Assembly (NCBI GenBank): GCA_965231775.1
Contig: OZ246888.1
Span: 3,741,590-3,805,589, forward strand
Reading direction: 5' to 3'
Origin: Candidatus Binatia bacterium
GTDB taxonomy: Bacteria; Desulfobacterota; Binatia; Bin18
Length of the DNA: 64,000 nt
Below, in pieces: positions 47,574-57,330 of this stretch. How positions within the stretch are numbered: the first letter of the stretch is position 1; every line of letters starts with the position of its first letter. The notes beneath the pieces were generated by a model. It was not told the origin of the DNA. It made no database searches and saw only the letters and a list, made by a program, of their open reading frames with translations. A program made the translations under genes and the position numbers.

Positions 47574-48113
47574 TTACTCGGCATAGACCTCGGGCCGTAA
47601 GACGGCAATGTACGGCAGGTTGCGATAACGGCCGGCAAAGTCGAGCCCATAACCCACCACAAACACGTCTTCGATGACAAACGCGCGAAAGTCGGCTTCA
47701 TACGCCACTGTCCGCCGGGCGGGCTTGTCGAGCAGCACACAGGTTTTAACTTCACGGGCTCCTTGTTTTAAAAGTGCTGTGCGGAGAAACTCCAGCGTCC
47801 GGCCCGTATCGAGGATGTCATTGACCAGGAGAATGCGCTGTTCTCGGATTTCCTGGTCGGTCGGGAAATAATCCAGGCTCAGCCTGCCACCCGTTGTCCC
47901 GTCTCCATAGCTCGATACCGCAGCAAAGCTCAGCCGGAGCGGAAAGGGAAGCCGGCGGATGATATCAGCCGTAAAGAGGCAGCCGCCCTTAAGCACCGAC
48001 ACCACAGTACAGGGCGCGTCCCGATAATAGGCCGCGACTTCCTGGGCAACGCGGCTCAGGCCGACTCGGATATCCGTCTCGGTGAACAGGATACGTTCAA
48101 TATCCTTTGCCAC
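47574..48113 (-). CDS. hpt: hypoxanthine phosphoribosyltransferase
   Basis: 'ILLVNDILDTGRTL' is the PRPP-binding motif, and 'VVGYGLDFAGRYRNLPYI' the C-terminal Hpt motif. I chose a GTG start (VAKDIERILF) with GGAG upstream. Confidence 0.75.
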   Translation of the reverse strand: MAKDIERILFTETDIRVGLSRVAQEVAAYYRDAPCTVVSVLKGGCLFTADIIRRLPFPLRLSFAAVSSYGDGTTGGRLSLDYFPTDQEIREQRILLVNDILDTGRTLEFLRTALLKQGAREVKTCVLLDKPARRTVAYEADFRAFVIEDVFVVGYGLDFAGRYRNLPYIAVLRPEVYAE

Positions 48114-48210
48114 GTCGGTCGCTCCTGGGCCACGCTTTGTCTCCAGCCGGTAAATGCCTCGCTGCTCAGGAGCTTTTACCGACCTACAAGGCTCCACATT
48201 ATGGTGAATT

Positions 48211-49064
48211 GCTAGGCTCAGGACTCATAACCAGAAGATAACAGTAGCGGCAAGACAGATGGCGCTGAAGAACGTATGTGCACAGCGGTCATAGCGGGTG
48301 GCGATGCGCCGCCAGTCCTTGAGCCGGCCGAACATGCGTTCAATGCGATTGCGTTGCTTGTAGAGCTCAGCATCATAGGAGATCGGCTGTTTGCGGTTGG
48401 TCCGACCTGGGATACAGGGCGTGATCGCCCGCTGGGCCAGGGCCGTGCGGAACCGGTCGCTGTCATACCCCTTATCGGCGATCAGGACCTCCGCGTCCGG
48501 TAGGGCGGGCAGCACCGTGGCAGCCCCCCGGTAATCGCTGACCTGCCCGGCCGTCAGGAGCAGAATCAAGGGTTTGCCGTCGCGGTTACAGACGGCATGG
48601 AGTTTCGAGTTGAGCCCGCCCCGGGTGCGCCCAATGCAGCGCGAAAGCGCCCCTTTTTGAGCAGACTGGCCGCAGTCCGGTGCGCCTTCAAGTGCGTCGC
48701 GTCGATCATCACGGTGGCCGTCGCGCCTCCGTCACTAGCCAAGGCCGCGAAGAGCCGATTGAAGATACCAGCTTGGCTCCAGCGCACGAAGCGATTATAG
48801 AGCGTCTTGTGTGGCCCGTAGCAGGCGGGGGCATCGCGCCACCTCAAGCCGTTCCGAATGACGTGGATGATCCCGGAGATGACGCGCCGGTCATCGACCC
48901 GCGGTACCCCGCGCACCTTCGTGGGCAACAACGGCTGGAGCCGGGCGAATTGGGCTTCAGACAGCCAGAAATGATGGTCAGCCATGACAATCCCCCTCAC
49001 ATAGGGGCCAATTGAAGCATACGACCGCCTCCGGTAAAAGCCCGTTTATAGGTCCTGAGCCTAG
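48211..49064 (-). mobile_element. IS5-family insertion sequence (IS427/IS1031-like group), ~0.85 kb, terminal inverted repeats CTAGGCTCAGGAC
   Basis: The 13+ bp perfect IRs sit at about 48212-48224 and 49052-49064. The element encodes a two-ORF DDE transposase and lies between hpt and a GFA gene. Its terminal TAG supplies the stop codon of the GFA gene. Confidence 0.75.
48225..49000 (-). CDS. IS5-family DDE transposase (orfA/orfB, joined by probable -1 frameshift at CAAAAAGG)
   Basis: orfA (MADHHFWLSEAQFARL, DUF4096-like) and orfB (ILLLTAGQVSDYRG...DKGYDSD...NRIERMFGRLKDWRRIATRYD) overlap. An A6G-type slippery run lies near 48650. Confidence 0.75.
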
Positions 49065-49474
49065 TCCATCGGCGGGTTTTGGGCCATTTGCGCGATGTCG
49101 TCGTCCAGCTTGAGCCAGGACTGGGCGCTGTCGCACCAGAACTGAACTTCGGGTTTGAGCCAGGAGGTATCATCGAGCGTGCCGGCCTTGAGAAAATCCA
49201 TGTTTGGTATGGCTGCCACGTCAGACATGATCGGTGAACCACACTGACCGCAGAATTTCCGCAGCACGGCCTGGCCGCTCGATCCCCGGTCGTTATAGGC
49301 CGACAGCTCGCCCTCAATTTTGAGCGACCCCTTCGGCACCGCAACCAGAATTGAGAAGGACGTGCTGGTCTGCTTTTGGCAATTTTTGCAGTGGCAGACC
49401 CCGACCAGCATCGGTTCCTCATCGCAGCGATAACGGATATTGCCGCACAGACAGCCGCCAACGATCTCTGACAT
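49061..49474 (-). CDS. GFA (CENP-V/glutathione-dependent formaldehyde-activating) family protein
   Basis: The Cys-rich Zn-binding pattern is CLCGNIRYRC...CHCKNCQK...CGQCGSP. Confidence 0.65.
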   Translation of the reverse strand: MSEIVGGCLCGNIRYRCDEEPMLVGVCHCKNCQKQTSTSFSILVAVPKGSLKIEGELSAYNDRGSSGQAVLRKFCGQCGSPIMSDVAAIPNMDFLKAGTLDDTSWLKPEVQFWCDSAQSWLKLDDDIAQMAQNPPMD

Positions 49475-49598
49475 GTGAATACCTCCTGTCTTTGCTATGC
49501 GCCGCCTATATCACGCCGGGGGTGGGGGATGAAGAGGTGGAGGGCGACCGACGCGCCAGAGCGACCAGCCTATAAGTGAGCGGAAAGACCACTTACGA

Positions 49599-50003
49599 TC
49601 AGCGTTTGTCAGGACCCTCGTCAAAGCGGGGCAGGTCATCCCGGATCTCGTACCAGGGCGCTTGATGACTCACCCATATATGGCCCGTGGGGCGTACGCC
49701 CGGATCATCGTCCAAGGTTCCGATACGAAGGAGTATGGTCTGTGGATCACGGTCAAAATACGCATACACGTGCGAGCCGCAGCGAGAACAAAAACAGCGC
49801 TTTTTTCCGGACGACGACTCATAGGCGGTCAGCGCGTCCTGGCCGGTAATAATGCGGAACCCCGCCCTCGTCACCAGCGCACTCGACCCATACAGCGTGC
49901 CATTGATCTTGCGACACGTATGGCAATGGCAGTGCATAAAGCCACGAATCTCCGCGGTGATTTCAAATCGAACAGTCTGGCAGTGACAGCTTCCTGTGAC
50001 CAT
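49599..50003 (-). CDS. GFA family protein (paralog)
   Basis: The Cys-rich Zn-binding pattern is CHCQTVRF...CHCHTCRK...CSRCGSH. Confidence 0.65.
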   Translation of the reverse strand: MVTGSCHCQTVRFEITAEIRGFMHCHCHTCRKINGTLYGSSALVTRAGFRIITGQDALTAYESSSGKKRCFCSRCGSHVYAYFDRDPQTILLRIGTLDDDPGVRPTGHIWVSHQAPWYEIRDDLPRFDEGPDKR

Positions 50004-50018
50004 ATCTACCCCTCCGGC

Positions 50019-50864
50019 TTACTCTCCTCCTGGAGCGTTGGGAAAAAAGAGCGGCTGACCGGCGATGGTATAGCCGGCAATCAGGCTTTGGCCTTCCGGC
50101 CCGATCAGCCAGTCGATGAACTGCTGGCCCAGGCCAGCTTTCACATGCGGGTGTTTGGCCGGATTCACCAGGATCACCCCGTATTGATTAAAAAGATGCG
50201 GGTCACCTTCCACCAGGATAGTGTAGTCAGCCTTGTTCCGAAAACTCAACCAGGTGCCGCGGTCGGTCAGCGTGTAGGCCCGCATCCCGACCGCGGTGTT
50301 CAGGGTTGCCCCCATGCCGGCGCCGGCCTCTCGATACCACGTCCCGCCGGTCTCCAGCGGATCAACCGTCGCGACTTTCCATAATGCCTGCTCCTTTTTA
50401 TGGGTGCCGCTTTCATCTCCGCGCGAGACAAACGCGGCCTGGGTTTGGGCAATTTTTCTGAGCGCCGCACTGGCCTGCCGCAGACCACCAATGTCTGCCG
50501 GATCGGTCGCCGGTCCAATGATCACAAAATCGTTGGACATGACGTCATAGCGTTTCACCCCCCAGCCCTCGGCAACGAAGTCTTCTTCCTCAGGTTTGGC
50601 ATGCACCAGCAGCACGTCGCCATCGCCGTTGCGGGCGTTCTTGAGCGCCTGACCCGTCCCGACCGCAACCACGCGTACTTCAATTCCTGTCTTGGTTTGA
50701 AAACGGGGCAGTATGGCGTCAAACAAGCCGGAATTCTGGGTCGAGGTTGTTGACTGGAGAATAATAAAGCGCTCCTCGGCCTGTCCTGTCCCGCCGAAGG
50801 GTAGCCCCAGCGTCAGGCTGAGGACAATCCGCGCGCACCACAGTCGAACTGTTGGCATACGCAT
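50019..50864 (-). CDS. tupA: tungstate/molybdate ABC transporter substrate-binding protein (TupA/WtpA-like)
   Basis: It has a signal peptide and a PBP fold. 'TTSTQNSGL' is an oxyanion-binding-type N-terminal motif. It is the last gene of the tupBCA-like operon. Confidence 0.6.
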   Translation of the reverse strand: MRMPTVRLWCARIVLSLTLGLPFGGTGQAEERFIILQSTTSTQNSGLFDAILPRFQTKTGIEVRVVAVGTGQALKNARNGDGDVLLVHAKPEEEDFVAEGWGVKRYDVMSNDFVIIGPATDPADIGGLRQASAALRKIAQTQAAFVSRGDESGTHKKEQALWKVATVDPLETGGTWYREAGAGMGATLNTAVGMRAYTLTDRGTWLSFRNKADYTILVEGDPHLFNQYGVILVNPAKHPHVKAGLGQQFIDWLIGPEGQSLIAGYTIAGQPLFFPNAPGGE

Positions 50865-50873
50865 TCTTCTCCC

Positions 50874-51644
50874 TTATAGAACGACCCGGCTACTGCCATA
50901 GATGTGGGCTACCGCCGCGTTGGACTGCTGAAAAAACTGAGGTGCGGAAGCCTGCGCAACGACCCGCCCCTGCTGGAGAAGAACAACTTCGTCGGCCAGA
51001 CGACGGGCCTGAGCCATATCGTGGGTCACCAGGATAATCTTCGTCCCGCGCTTATGCGCGGCAAGCATCAACTCTTCAATCGCTGCGGCGGAGACCGGGT
51101 CCAGGCTGACGGTCGGTTCGTCGAGCAATAATACCTCCGGCTCCAGGACCAGGGCGCGCGCCAGGGCGACCCGTTGTTGCTCGCCTTGGGAGAGGACCCG
51201 GGCCGAACGGTTCACGAGGTGGGAGAGGTCGGCAAGTTCCAGGATGTGCCGCAGGCGCTCTTCTCTTTCAGCCCGCGCATACTTGCGCAGCTTGAGCACG
51301 AAGCGCAGGTTGGCTGCCACGGACCGCCGCAGTAAAACCGGGTGCTGGAACACGAGCGCTTGGCGCCGCCGAGCCTGGTCTACCCGTGGGGTTTCCCCCC
51401 AGCAGACTTCCCCTGCGGTTGGGGTCAGCAGGCCATGCAGAAGTCGCAACAGCAGGCTCTTGCCGGCTCCGTTGGGACCCATGATGATCGTGCGGCTGCC
51501 CTGCTCGATGGTCAGATCGATGCCATCAATGAGGCGTTGTTTGCCCACGCTATACACGAGCCGACGAACCTTGAGCGGGAACAAGGACTGAGCGCTATCG
51601 GTCGCTGCGCTCTCTCGTTGCAGGGTCTCGACGGCGCTAGGCAT
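50874..51644 (-). CDS. tupC: ABC transporter ATP-binding protein (TupC-like)
   Basis: Walker A 'GPNGAGKS', ABC signature 'LSQGEQQR', and Walker B 'LLLDEP'. The start was chosen at the internal ATG, overlapping tupB by 8 nt. Confidence 0.7.
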   Translation of the reverse strand: MPSAVETLQRESAATDSAQSLFPLKVRRLVYSVGKQRLIDGIDLTIEQGSRTIIMGPNGAGKSLLLRLLHGLLTPTAGEVCWGETPRVDQARRRQALVFQHPVLLRRSVAANLRFVLKLRKYARAEREERLRHILELADLSHLVNRSARVLSQGEQQRVALARALVLEPEVLLLDEPTVSLDPVSAAAIEELMLAAHKRGTKIILVTHDMAQARRLADEVVLLQQGRVVAQASAPQFFQQSNAAVAHIYGSSRVVL

Positions 51645-52344
51645 AGGCTCGGTTGGATGCGCTGAAGTGCAGGAGCGACACGGTGGCATTGACGCTCAGC
51701 GCAATCAGGATGAGAATCAGACCCAGGGCCAGGGCAAGAGCCAAGTCCCCTTTCGAGGTTTCCAGCGCAATGGCGGTGGTCATGACCCGCGTGACGTGTT
51801 TGATATTTCCGCCCACGATGATGACCGCGCCCACCTCGGCTACGGCCCGCCCGAAGCCGGCCAGGGCAACCGTTAATAAACTATACCGAGCGTCCCACAC
51901 CAGGGCGGCAACGGCCGTCTTCGGCGGAACACCCAGCGATACGAATTGCTCTCGGTATTCGACGTAGAAGTCCGCTATCACCTGGCGTGACAGGCTGGCG
52001 ATAATGGGCGTGACCAGAATGGTCTGGGCAATGATCATCGCGGTCGGAGAATACAAGAGGTGGAGCCAGCCGAGCGGTCCCGCGTGAGACAGCGCCATAT
52101 AGACCAGCAGGCCGACCACAACCGGGGGGAGGCCCATCAAGGCGTTGAAGAAGACGATGACCACACTCCGACCGGGAAAACGGGCCAGGCCGAGGGTGGC
52201 GCCAATGCACAGCCCCAGCCCACTCGCCAGCACGACCGCGCTGATACTCACTCTCAGTGAAAGGAGAACGATTTCACTCAGCATGGGGTCCGTCGAGACG
52301 ATGAGTTGAAAGGCCAGACTGAAGGCTTGTCCAAAATCCTGCAT
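51637..52344 (-). CDS. tupB: ABC transporter permease (TupB-like)
   Basis: It has 5-6 TM helices. The order and overlaps are consistent with tupB-tupC-tupA. Confidence 0.6.
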   Translation of the reverse strand: MQDFGQAFSLAFQLIVSTDPMLSEIVLLSLRVSISAVVLASGLGLCIGATLGLARFPGRSVVIVFFNALMGLPPVVVGLLVYMALSHAGPLGWLHLLYSPTAMIIAQTILVTPIIASLSRQVIADFYVEYREQFVSLGVPPKTAVAALVWDARYSLLTVALAGFGRAVAEVGAVIIVGGNIKHVTRVMTTAIALETSKGDLALALALGLILILIALSVNATVSLLHFSASNRAYA

Positions 52345-52351
52345 GAGATTG

Positions 52352-53269
52352 CTATATGACGAACGCGATTTTACCCGCCTCGCGCACCTCATAGCCCCCG
52401 AGTGAGGCCGCGCGTTCTTTTAATTCGGGCGAAGTCACGACGTCCAACAGAGCCTGGACCGGTTTGGCGAAATACAGCTCTTTGGAGACCAGCAAATCAA
52501 ACCGCTCCTCGACTATTTCGGTAAATGCGAGGCCCAAGAGCTCGGCCACCGACTGGACGGCCAGCCCGACATCCGCCCGTCCCTGGAGCACGTGTAAGCC
52601 AACCTCCCAGTGCGTCCTGGCTTCGACGTCATAGCCCGCGATCTGCTCCGGCTTGAGCCGGGCCTGGCGGAGCTGCTGATCGAGGAACCAGCGCACCCCG
52701 GACCCGGCCTGACGGTTCACCAGGCGTTTCTTCTGACGCGGCAGTTCGGCCAGCGAGCGTATGGGTCGGCTGTCAGGCCGGGCAATCAATCCGAGCCGGC
52801 GGTGCCAGAGGGTCACCGCCACCAGGTCGGGCTGTCCGGCTTGCGACGCAAACGGCGCATTGTATTCGCCGGTCTCGGGGTCCAACAGATGGGCCAGAGC
52901 CACATGGGTCTTCGACTGTTTGAGGGCTTCCAGACCACCAAAACTGCCCAGGTTGGTCGTGTAAAAAAGGTGTTCGGGGAAACGCTGGCCGGCCAGGTCA
53001 ATCAGGGTATCAAGCAAGAGGTCGTTGCTGCCCGCGATTAAGAGCCCCCGTTCAGGTTCGAACTGCCCCGTTTCTGACGACGCGACTCCTGGTTCGCGTA
53101 CCTGCGTACTCCGTTTCACCCAATCCTCCACCAGGCTTTGGGGAAACAGCCATTTGCCGGTGACGCGCGTACACGGAATCGTGCCGTTTCGGATTAAACG
53201 GTAGACCTGCTTGTCGTTGATATGCAGGTAGGCGGCTACTTCGCGCGTGCTCAACAGGGTTTCGGGCAT
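52352..53269 (-). CDS. transcriptional regulator: excisionase-type HTH fused to a PBP-like oxyanion-binding domain (TunR-like)
   Basis: The N-terminus 'LSTREVAAYLHINDKQVYRLIRNGTIP' is an HTH_17-type motif. The ~240-aa C-terminus is a periplasmic-binding-protein-like fold. It sits immediately upstream of tupBCA on the same strand. Confidence 0.5.
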   Translation of the reverse strand: MPETLLSTREVAAYLHINDKQVYRLIRNGTIPCTRVTGKWLFPQSLVEDWVKRSTQVREPGVASSETGQFEPERGLLIAGSNDLLLDTLIDLAGQRFPEHLFYTTNLGSFGGLEALKQSKTHVALAHLLDPETGEYNAPFASQAGQPDLVAVTLWHRRLGLIARPDSRPIRSLAELPRQKKRLVNRQAGSGVRWFLDQQLRQARLKPEQIAGYDVEARTHWEVGLHVLQGRADVGLAVQSVAELLGLAFTEIVEERFDLLVSKELYFAKPVQALLDVVTSPELKERAASLGGYEVREAGKIAFVI

Positions 53270-53447
53270 GATTTTTCTCTGAGAAAAAACTAACGAATTA
53301 TTACTTATTCAAACATATTATGTCAAATACAGATCGTACTCTCACACTCTTTGCCTCTCCCATAAGGCTGTGAGTACGTTTCATCCGACAGCCTGGCTGG
53401 TGCGTAACACGCAAAAATACGTTATATGCGATAGGCAAGGAGGGAGC

Positions 53448-54587
53448 ATGCTGCACGGAAAAATCATTGATGCGGACGGACACATACTGGAACCTGTCGA
53501 TCTGTGGCAGAACTACCTGGAGGCCAGGTTCAAAGATCATGCCATTCGGATGGACACCGGCGCTGATGGCGTTGAATATCTCGTGGTTGAGAATAAACCG
53601 CTGCCCATTACCCGCGGCATAGGCCCGACCGCGGCGGGCATCGGTCAGCCCCTGCGCTCGATTTTTGAGCCGGGCCGTTTTGGCTATCATGACGGCCCGC
53701 CGGGAGCCTACGATGCGCGGGCGCGTCTGCAACGCATGGATGCGGACAGCATCGATATCTCGGTGCTCTTTCCCACCCTCGGGCTCATCTGGGAGCCCGG
53801 CATCACCGATGTCGAACTCTCGTCCGCCTACTGTCGCGCCTACAACAACTGGATTCTCGATTTCTGTTCCGCTGACCCAAGCCGACTCATCCCGGTCGCT
53901 CACCTCGTCCTGCTGGACATTGATGCAGCCATTAAGGAGGTGAAGCGGGTGGCAAAGCTCGGGCATAGAGGCGTGTTCGTGTGCGCTGCTCCGGCCAACA
54001 AGCGTGCCTTTTGGGACCGCGCCTACGATCCGTTATGGGCCGTGTTGCAGGAGTATGATTTGTCCATCGGTTTCCACACCGCGGTACACGAAGACTTTCT
54101 CGGTCATCAGTGGATTGCCCAGGAAAATACCGACTTCATGGATTCATCGTTTGTGTATTTCCAGTGTCTGCCGCTCGTGGCTGACGTTCAGGCGGCCTTT
54201 GCCGCGCTCTTTCAGGGGGCAGTCTTTGATCGTTTTCCCAGCCTGAAAGTGAATCTTCTGGAGGTCGGCGCCGGCTGGATTCCGCACGCCCTGGACCGCT
54301 GGGACTCCAAGTATAAGAAAATCGGCTATAAGACCGGCCTCAAGCATCTGCCGAGTGAGTACTTCACCCGGCAGTGCTGGATTTCGTTTGACCCGGATGA
54401 AACCACGATCGCCTATATGGCCCAGCGCTATGGTGCCGAGCACTTTCTGTGGGCCTCGGACTTTCCGCACTGGGACGGCAGTCTTGACGCGCTGGGCGAG
54501 ACAAAAGAAGCCATTGCGTCCTTATCTCCAGACGCTCAGCAGTGTGTACTCGGGGACAATGTAGCGCGGTTGTATAATCTGGCGTGA
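53448..54587 (+). CDS. amidohydrolase-2 family metal-dependent hydrolase
   Basis: The start at ATG 53448 follows GGAGGGAG. 'IDADGHILEP' is the N-terminal motif, with 'WASDFPHWDG' near the C-terminus. Confidence 0.75.
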   Translation: MLHGKIIDADGHILEPVDLWQNYLEARFKDHAIRMDTGADGVEYLVVENKPLPITRGIGPTAAGIGQPLRSIFEPGRFGYHDGPPGAYDARARLQRMDADSIDISVLFPTLGLIWEPGITDVELSSAYCRAYNNWILDFCSADPSRLIPVAHLVLLDIDAAIKEVKRVAKLGHRGVFVCAAPANKRAFWDRAYDPLWAVLQEYDLSIGFHTAVHEDFLGHQWIAQENTDFMDSSFVYFQCLPLVADVQAAFAALFQGAVFDRFPSLKVNLLEVGAGWIPHALDRWDSKYKKIGYKTGLKHLPSEYFTRQCWISFDPDETTIAYMAQRYGAEHFLWASDFPHWDGSLDALGETKEAIASLSPDAQQCVLGDNVARLYNLA

Positions 54588-54637
54588 GTCCCGTAGGGCG
54601 GGTTTGCGGCGCGTGCCCCGCCCTCCATGTCATCTTG

Positions 54638-55678
54638 CTATCGAAACTCGGGCATGACCTGGGTCGCGAACAGCTCCATCGACTTCATGACCTTCTCATG
54701 TTCCAGGCCGCCAAAGTGCATGAACAACAGCACGTGTGAGACCTTGCACTCGTCTCGGAGCCAACGGATTCTATTCCGGATCGTTTCGGGATCGCCAAAC
54801 CAGACCAGGTCCTCGGCAATCACTTTGTCGTAGCTCAGCGAGCGAATATACTCGGCCCACGGCTCGAAGAACCGATACGTCTCCGGCCAGGTCTCTCCCT
54901 CGGGCAGGGTAAACATCGTGGCAAAGTCGTCCAGAAACCACTGCATGCCTTGGCGGGCTTCTTCCTGCGCTTTTTTGGTCGTATCGCTCACGTAGATGAA
55001 GGGGTGGCCGACCCGCGGCAGGTCGGTCCGACCCGTCTTTTTCATGGCCGTGTCAAGCCGCCCAAACAACTGCTTGAGGTCGGCCAGGGGGGTGAGTGAG
55101 GCTCCCAGAATAGGCGTAATCCCCCGCCGCAGGGCTTTTTCCATGGTCGAGGGACTCAGGCAAGGCTGCCACAAGGGCGGGTGTGGTTCCTGGAGCGGTT
55201 TGGGCATCACGCTCACTTCCGGGATGCTGAAAAACTTACCCTCATACGAAAAGGGCTCGCCGGTCCAGGCTTTGAGAATAATATCCAGGCTCTCGTTAAA
55301 GCGCTCCTCGGCTTCGCCCCAGGGGATGCCATAGCCGTCGAACTCGCCTTTGAACAAGCCCCGGCCCACCCCAAAATCCAGCCGGCCGTCGGACAGCAGA
55401 TCGACCGTGGCGTAATCCTGGGCGACCTCGATCGGGTTATGCCACGGCAGGACGCTGACCGCCGTGCCCAGGCGAATCCGTTTGGTCCGCGCCGCGATAT
55501 TGCCCAGCAGCACGTGCGGGGACGGTTTGCCGTGATGATAAAAGGCGTGCTCGGCCAAAAAGACGGTATCGTAACCGAGCCGGTCGCCCCATTCGATCTG
55601 CTCCAGACTCTCGTCGTAGGTCTGTTTCATGGAAGAGCCGGCCGGCGTTTGGTTGATGATAAAAAACGAGAAGTCCAT
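54638..55678 (-). CDS. LLM-class flavin/F420-dependent oxidoreductase
   Basis: 'GYDTVFLAEHAFYHHG' and 'GRLDFGVGRG' are luciferase-like motifs. Confidence 0.7.
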   Translation of the reverse strand: MDFSFFIINQTPAGSSMKQTYDESLEQIEWGDRLGYDTVFLAEHAFYHHGKPSPHVLLGNIAARTKRIRLGTAVSVLPWHNPIEVAQDYATVDLLSDGRLDFGVGRGLFKGEFDGYGIPWGEAEERFNESLDIILKAWTGEPFSYEGKFFSIPEVSVMPKPLQEPHPPLWQPCLSPSTMEKALRRGITPILGASLTPLADLKQLFGRLDTAMKKTGRTDLPRVGHPFIYVSDTTKKAQEEARQGMQWFLDDFATMFTLPEGETWPETYRFFEPWAEYIRSLSYDKVIAEDLVWFGDPETIRNRIRWLRDECKVSHVLLFMHFGGLEHEKVMKSMELFATQVMPEFR

Positions 55679-55735
55679 GCTCGTCTCCTCCTGTCGGGCG
55701 CTACGTCAGCGCTCCGCCTGTCGGCCCAGCCGCTC

Positions 55736-56791
55736 TCAGGCGCTCGGTTTCAGCGTCGGCTCGACAATAGCGCCGTTTTCAACAATCGGTTGCCCATCAA
55801 GAAACACGCTACAGTTGCGCATCGGGATATCGAAATGGCATAGCGTGTGCCGGCCCGCCGCCGGGTTCGGCCCCGTGGACAACAGGAAGTTGCCCGCAAA
55901 CGCACGACCGTCAACGCCGATGGCTTCATCTTTGCCGTACAGGCTGAGGGCGTGCCATAACGCTTTCTCGTGCATCCCCCAGCCCACATGAGAAATCCCG
56001 CGGGCGGCCCGGTCTTCCCAGCGGTCCAGGTAATCCCGCATCAGGGCCGCATCAACGCCAGCACCTTCAACCCCGGTCACGAATCCGTCGCTGAAGTACA
56101 GATGCACCGGGCTTTCGACATATTTATAAAAGGGAAAGACAATATCGCCGGGGGCCAGCACCGCCGACCCGTTCACATCCAGTGAGGCCGGAAAGACGGC
56201 GATCAACCCCTGCCCCCAGTTGGCCCAACTGCCCGGCTCGGCACAAAACCCGCGCGAGCCCGTCACCAGACTGCCCGCCAGGTCCACGCGCAGATCCGTA
56301 CCCGCCGGCGAGGTCACCCTCATCGTTTTTGCGGCTTGGGCGAGTGTGACCGCGCGGTCGATGCGCTGTGCCCGCTCCGCGGTTGGCAGCAGCCGGGCGA
56401 GGGCATCCGCGGGTTCTCGGATGTACAGCATACGCGGGCCGTGCTTGAGAATCTCGCCGCGTTCCTCGGAGTGGATCAGCCCTTCGACCGAGAGGTCAAC
56501 GATGAAGTCCACCTGCTTCAGCATCTCCACCACCTCGGGAAAGCCGTGCAGCAGCGTGGAGCAGGCATTGCCGCGGTTCACCGCGGTGTCGTTTTGCTGC
56601 GTCAGGTCAATCGGCAGCATGAGCTGAAACGGCCGCGCCCCGCAGGCGCTCAGACTGGCCAGACTCGTCGCCAGGTACTGCGCCGAGGAGTCCGGTTCGG
56701 TCAGAATCGCCGCGGTCTGGCCGGCCTGCACCTGGCACCAGGCAAACTCCTGAGCAAACAACGATGTCAAAGCAGGATTGGGTTGCAACAT
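55736..56791 (-). CDS. aminopeptidase-T-like (M29 fold) protein, NicX (2,5-dihydroxypyridine dioxygenase)-like
   Basis: 351 aa. It is about 40% identical to the paralog at 58930-59982. Its size and N-terminal layout fit the M29/NicX family. Family assignment is from memory only. Confidence 0.4.
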   Translation of the reverse strand: MLQPNPALTSLFAQEFAWCQVQAGQTAAILTEPDSSAQYLATSLASLSACGARPFQLMLPIDLTQQNDTAVNRGNACSTLLHGFPEVVEMLKQVDFIVDLSVEGLIHSEERGEILKHGPRMLYIREPADALARLLPTAERAQRIDRAVTLAQAAKTMRVTSPAGTDLRVDLAGSLVTGSRGFCAEPGSWANWGQGLIAVFPASLDVNGSAVLAPGDIVFPFYKYVESPVHLYFSDGFVTGVEGAGVDAALMRDYLDRWEDRAARGISHVGWGMHEKALWHALSLYGKDEAIGVDGRAFAGNFLLSTGPNPAAGRHTLCHFDIPMRNCSVFLDGQPIVENGAIVEPTLKPSA

Positions 56792-56862
56792 GCGGCCGGC
56801 CCTCCTCGAAATACACTCTGAAAACGCAGCCGGGCCAGGGGGCGATAGCGTCCCCTGGCGGT

Positions 56863-57330
56863 CTAGTTGGCGGCCGGTCGTGACACCCCGGCCATGGCGC
56901 CTTTGATGGTCGTCTTGAGCGGGTATTGGGAATAGTCCGCCTTCAGCTCCAGGGTATGGCCGTTCGGGTCGGTGATATACACTGAGGTGCCATAGCCGGT
57001 TGCGCCGTACAGCTCGACGGGTCCGAAGGTAATCGGCACGGCGTTGTCCTTCAGATACTGGACAATGGCGTCAAAATCACCGTGCATATGCAGACAGACA
57101 TGATCGACCCCACGCTGGTCTTTTTCCGCCAGGGTGCTGCCTGCCGGCAGGACCCGCAGGTCAATCAGATTGCGGCCGCACCGGACCTGGTACAACCCCA
57201 TGTCCTCGATGACCCGCTCGACGCTCAGACCCAGGACCGTCGTATAGAAGTGCAAAGTATTTTCGACATCCGTGACTTGCAGCACGACATGATCGATACC
57301 GTGAAACTGAATCGGGCACTCGGATTTCAT
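56863..57330 (-). CDS. VOC family (glyoxalase/bleomycin resistance/extradiol dioxygenase fold) protein
   Basis: 'IDHVVLQVTDVENTLHFYTTVLGL' is the VOC N-terminal module. Confidence 0.65.
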   Translation of the reverse strand: MKSECPIQFHGIDHVVLQVTDVENTLHFYTTVLGLSVERVIEDMGLYQVRCGRNLIDLRVLPAGSTLAEKDQRGVDHVCLHMHGDFDAIVQYLKDNAVPITFGPVELYGATGYGTSVYITDPNGHTLELKADYSQYPLKTTIKGAMAGVSRPAAN

